A model generated the notes under the pieces. It ran no database searches. It had not been told where the DNA came from and worked only from the letters and a program-made list of their open reading frames with translations. Of a stretch of DNA of 64,000 nt, positions 62,931-64,000 are shown in pieces. Position numbers and translations under genes: made by a program. Within the stretch, counting starts at the first letter, position 1; each line of letters starts with the position of its first letter. The stretch is from Pirellulales bacterium (GTDB lineage Bacteria > Planctomycetota > Planctomycetia > Pirellulales > Thermoguttaceae). The DNA lies in the NCBI GenBank assembly GCA_963713065.1, contig CAVQKP010000018.1:95684-159683 (forward strand). Reading direction: 5' to 3'.

Positions 62931-63999
62931 GTGAAGCCAGTGGCCGGCGGCGGGATTGCACGCCCGCAACCGTTGGCGGCTGCCGGTCCTGCTGATGGGT
63001 ATTCTCTTTGCCCACGGGCGACGGACCGTGACTTCCTGGCTCCGCGCCGCCGGAGTCAGCGACGACTTCCGAAACTATTTTTACTTTCTGGCGGCCCTTG
63101 GACGCAAGACCAAATGCGTCGCCACGCCACTTTTGGTTCTGCTGCTGAGGACTTTGCCGTTGCCCGACCGGTTGCTGGCGGTCATCGACGACACCCCCAC
63201 CAAGCGTTACGGGCCGAAAGTCGAAGGGGCAGGCATTCATCACAGCCCAACGCCGGGAACGGCCGACCAGAAATACTCTACGGACATATCTGGGTGACCT
63301 CTCGTTGGCCGTGCGGCATCCGTGCTTCGGCGCATTGGCATGCCGCTTTGGGCCATGCTCTATGTCCGCCAGAAAACGATGGCCAAGATTCCGAAGTGGC
63401 GCGGTTGGACGTTCGCCACCAAGCTCGTGCTGGCTGCCCGGCTGGTAGAATGGATCGCGCCGATCGTGGAAAAAGCCGGGAAAACGCTGTGGATCGTGGT
63501 CGATGGCGGCTACGTCAAGGCCCCCTTCTTGCGCCGCGCTTGGCCCCGGGGCGACGGTCATCGGACGGCTGGGCAAAGACGCGGCACTGCGCGACCTGCC
63601 GCCGAAGTCGAGAGGAGGAAAGCGGCGTGGTCGCGGACGTCCGCGCGGAATACCGCAAGAACCGCATCCGCCTTGCCAAGCGGGCCGCCCATCGCGAAGG
63701 TTGGGAAACAGCCCAATGCGCCGCCTATGGAAAAACGACCGCCGGACTCTACCAAGACCTTCCTGGCGACTTACCGGCCCGTGGGCGAAGTGATCGTGTG
63801 GTGATCGATCTGGAAGAAGAGGATTGGTATCCGGTCGTCTCGCCCGACCCGAACGCCACAGCCATGAAGATGACGATGACAAACTATTTCTCGCCGACCG
63901 TGAGACGATCGAACAGGACTTCCACAACATCAAGGAAGATGTTGGGGCACGGGCCAGCAGCAAGTGCGGAACATTTGGACCAACGTCGCCGTTTATCAC
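62931..63999 (+). mobile_element. IS element (IS4/IS701-like), left end somewhere 62770-62935, continues beyond the window
   Basis: Defined by the transposase ORFs. Inverted repeat termini not identifiable because the right end is off-window. Confidence 0.4.
62956..63999 (+). CDS. DDE transposase, IS4/IS701-like (partial at 3' end, at least 2 frameshifts)
   Basis: 'LLAVIDDTPTKRYGPKVEGAGIHHSPTPG', 'GKTLWIVVDGGYVKAPFLRRA', '...KRRGRGRPRKY...' across frames 62956-63297, 63322-63804 and onward. Confidence 0.55.
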
Positions 64000-64000
64000 T

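Overview
A 64-kb chromosomal segment with high GC, roughly 60% or more by eye. The gene content (DUF1559/H-X9-DG protein, DUF1570, DUF11-like lipoproteins, many secreted CAZymes, TPR/HEAT proteins) suggests a Planctomycetes-like genome.

Core genes: yebC, rbfA, infB, nusA, dnaA (with a candidate origin region upstream), clpX, a TrmH methyltransferase, an aspartate-type aminotransferase, a two-domain ABC permease and a diadenylate cyclase.

A large share of the window is secreted polysaccharide-degrading machinery: a GH2 enzyme, a GH106-like enzyme, a GH84-like enzyme, a sugar isomerase, and two further secreted enzymes of uncertain family.

Accessory content:
- a VapC PIN toxin plus a large GTPase at the window start;
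- a low-GC two-gene island (32.8-34.5 kb) encoding an AAA_21/ABC-type ATPase plus a small PIN-like nuclease ORF with an in-frame stop, which looks like an uncharacterised defence-type module;
- an MmeI-family single-chain Type IIL restriction-modification enzyme next to a small nucleotidyltransferase pair;
- an IS transposase running off the 3' edge;
- at least five families of short palindromic or heptamer repeats, two of them inserted in-frame inside coding sequences.

Many conserved genes (infB, dnaA, yebC, clpX, trmH and the glycoside hydrolases) are split across reading frames. Every case I dissected maps to a single-base indel; five of six are 1-base homopolymer deletions and one (clpX) is an extra G. 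I therefore treat the frameshifts as assembly errors and annotate the merged genes.
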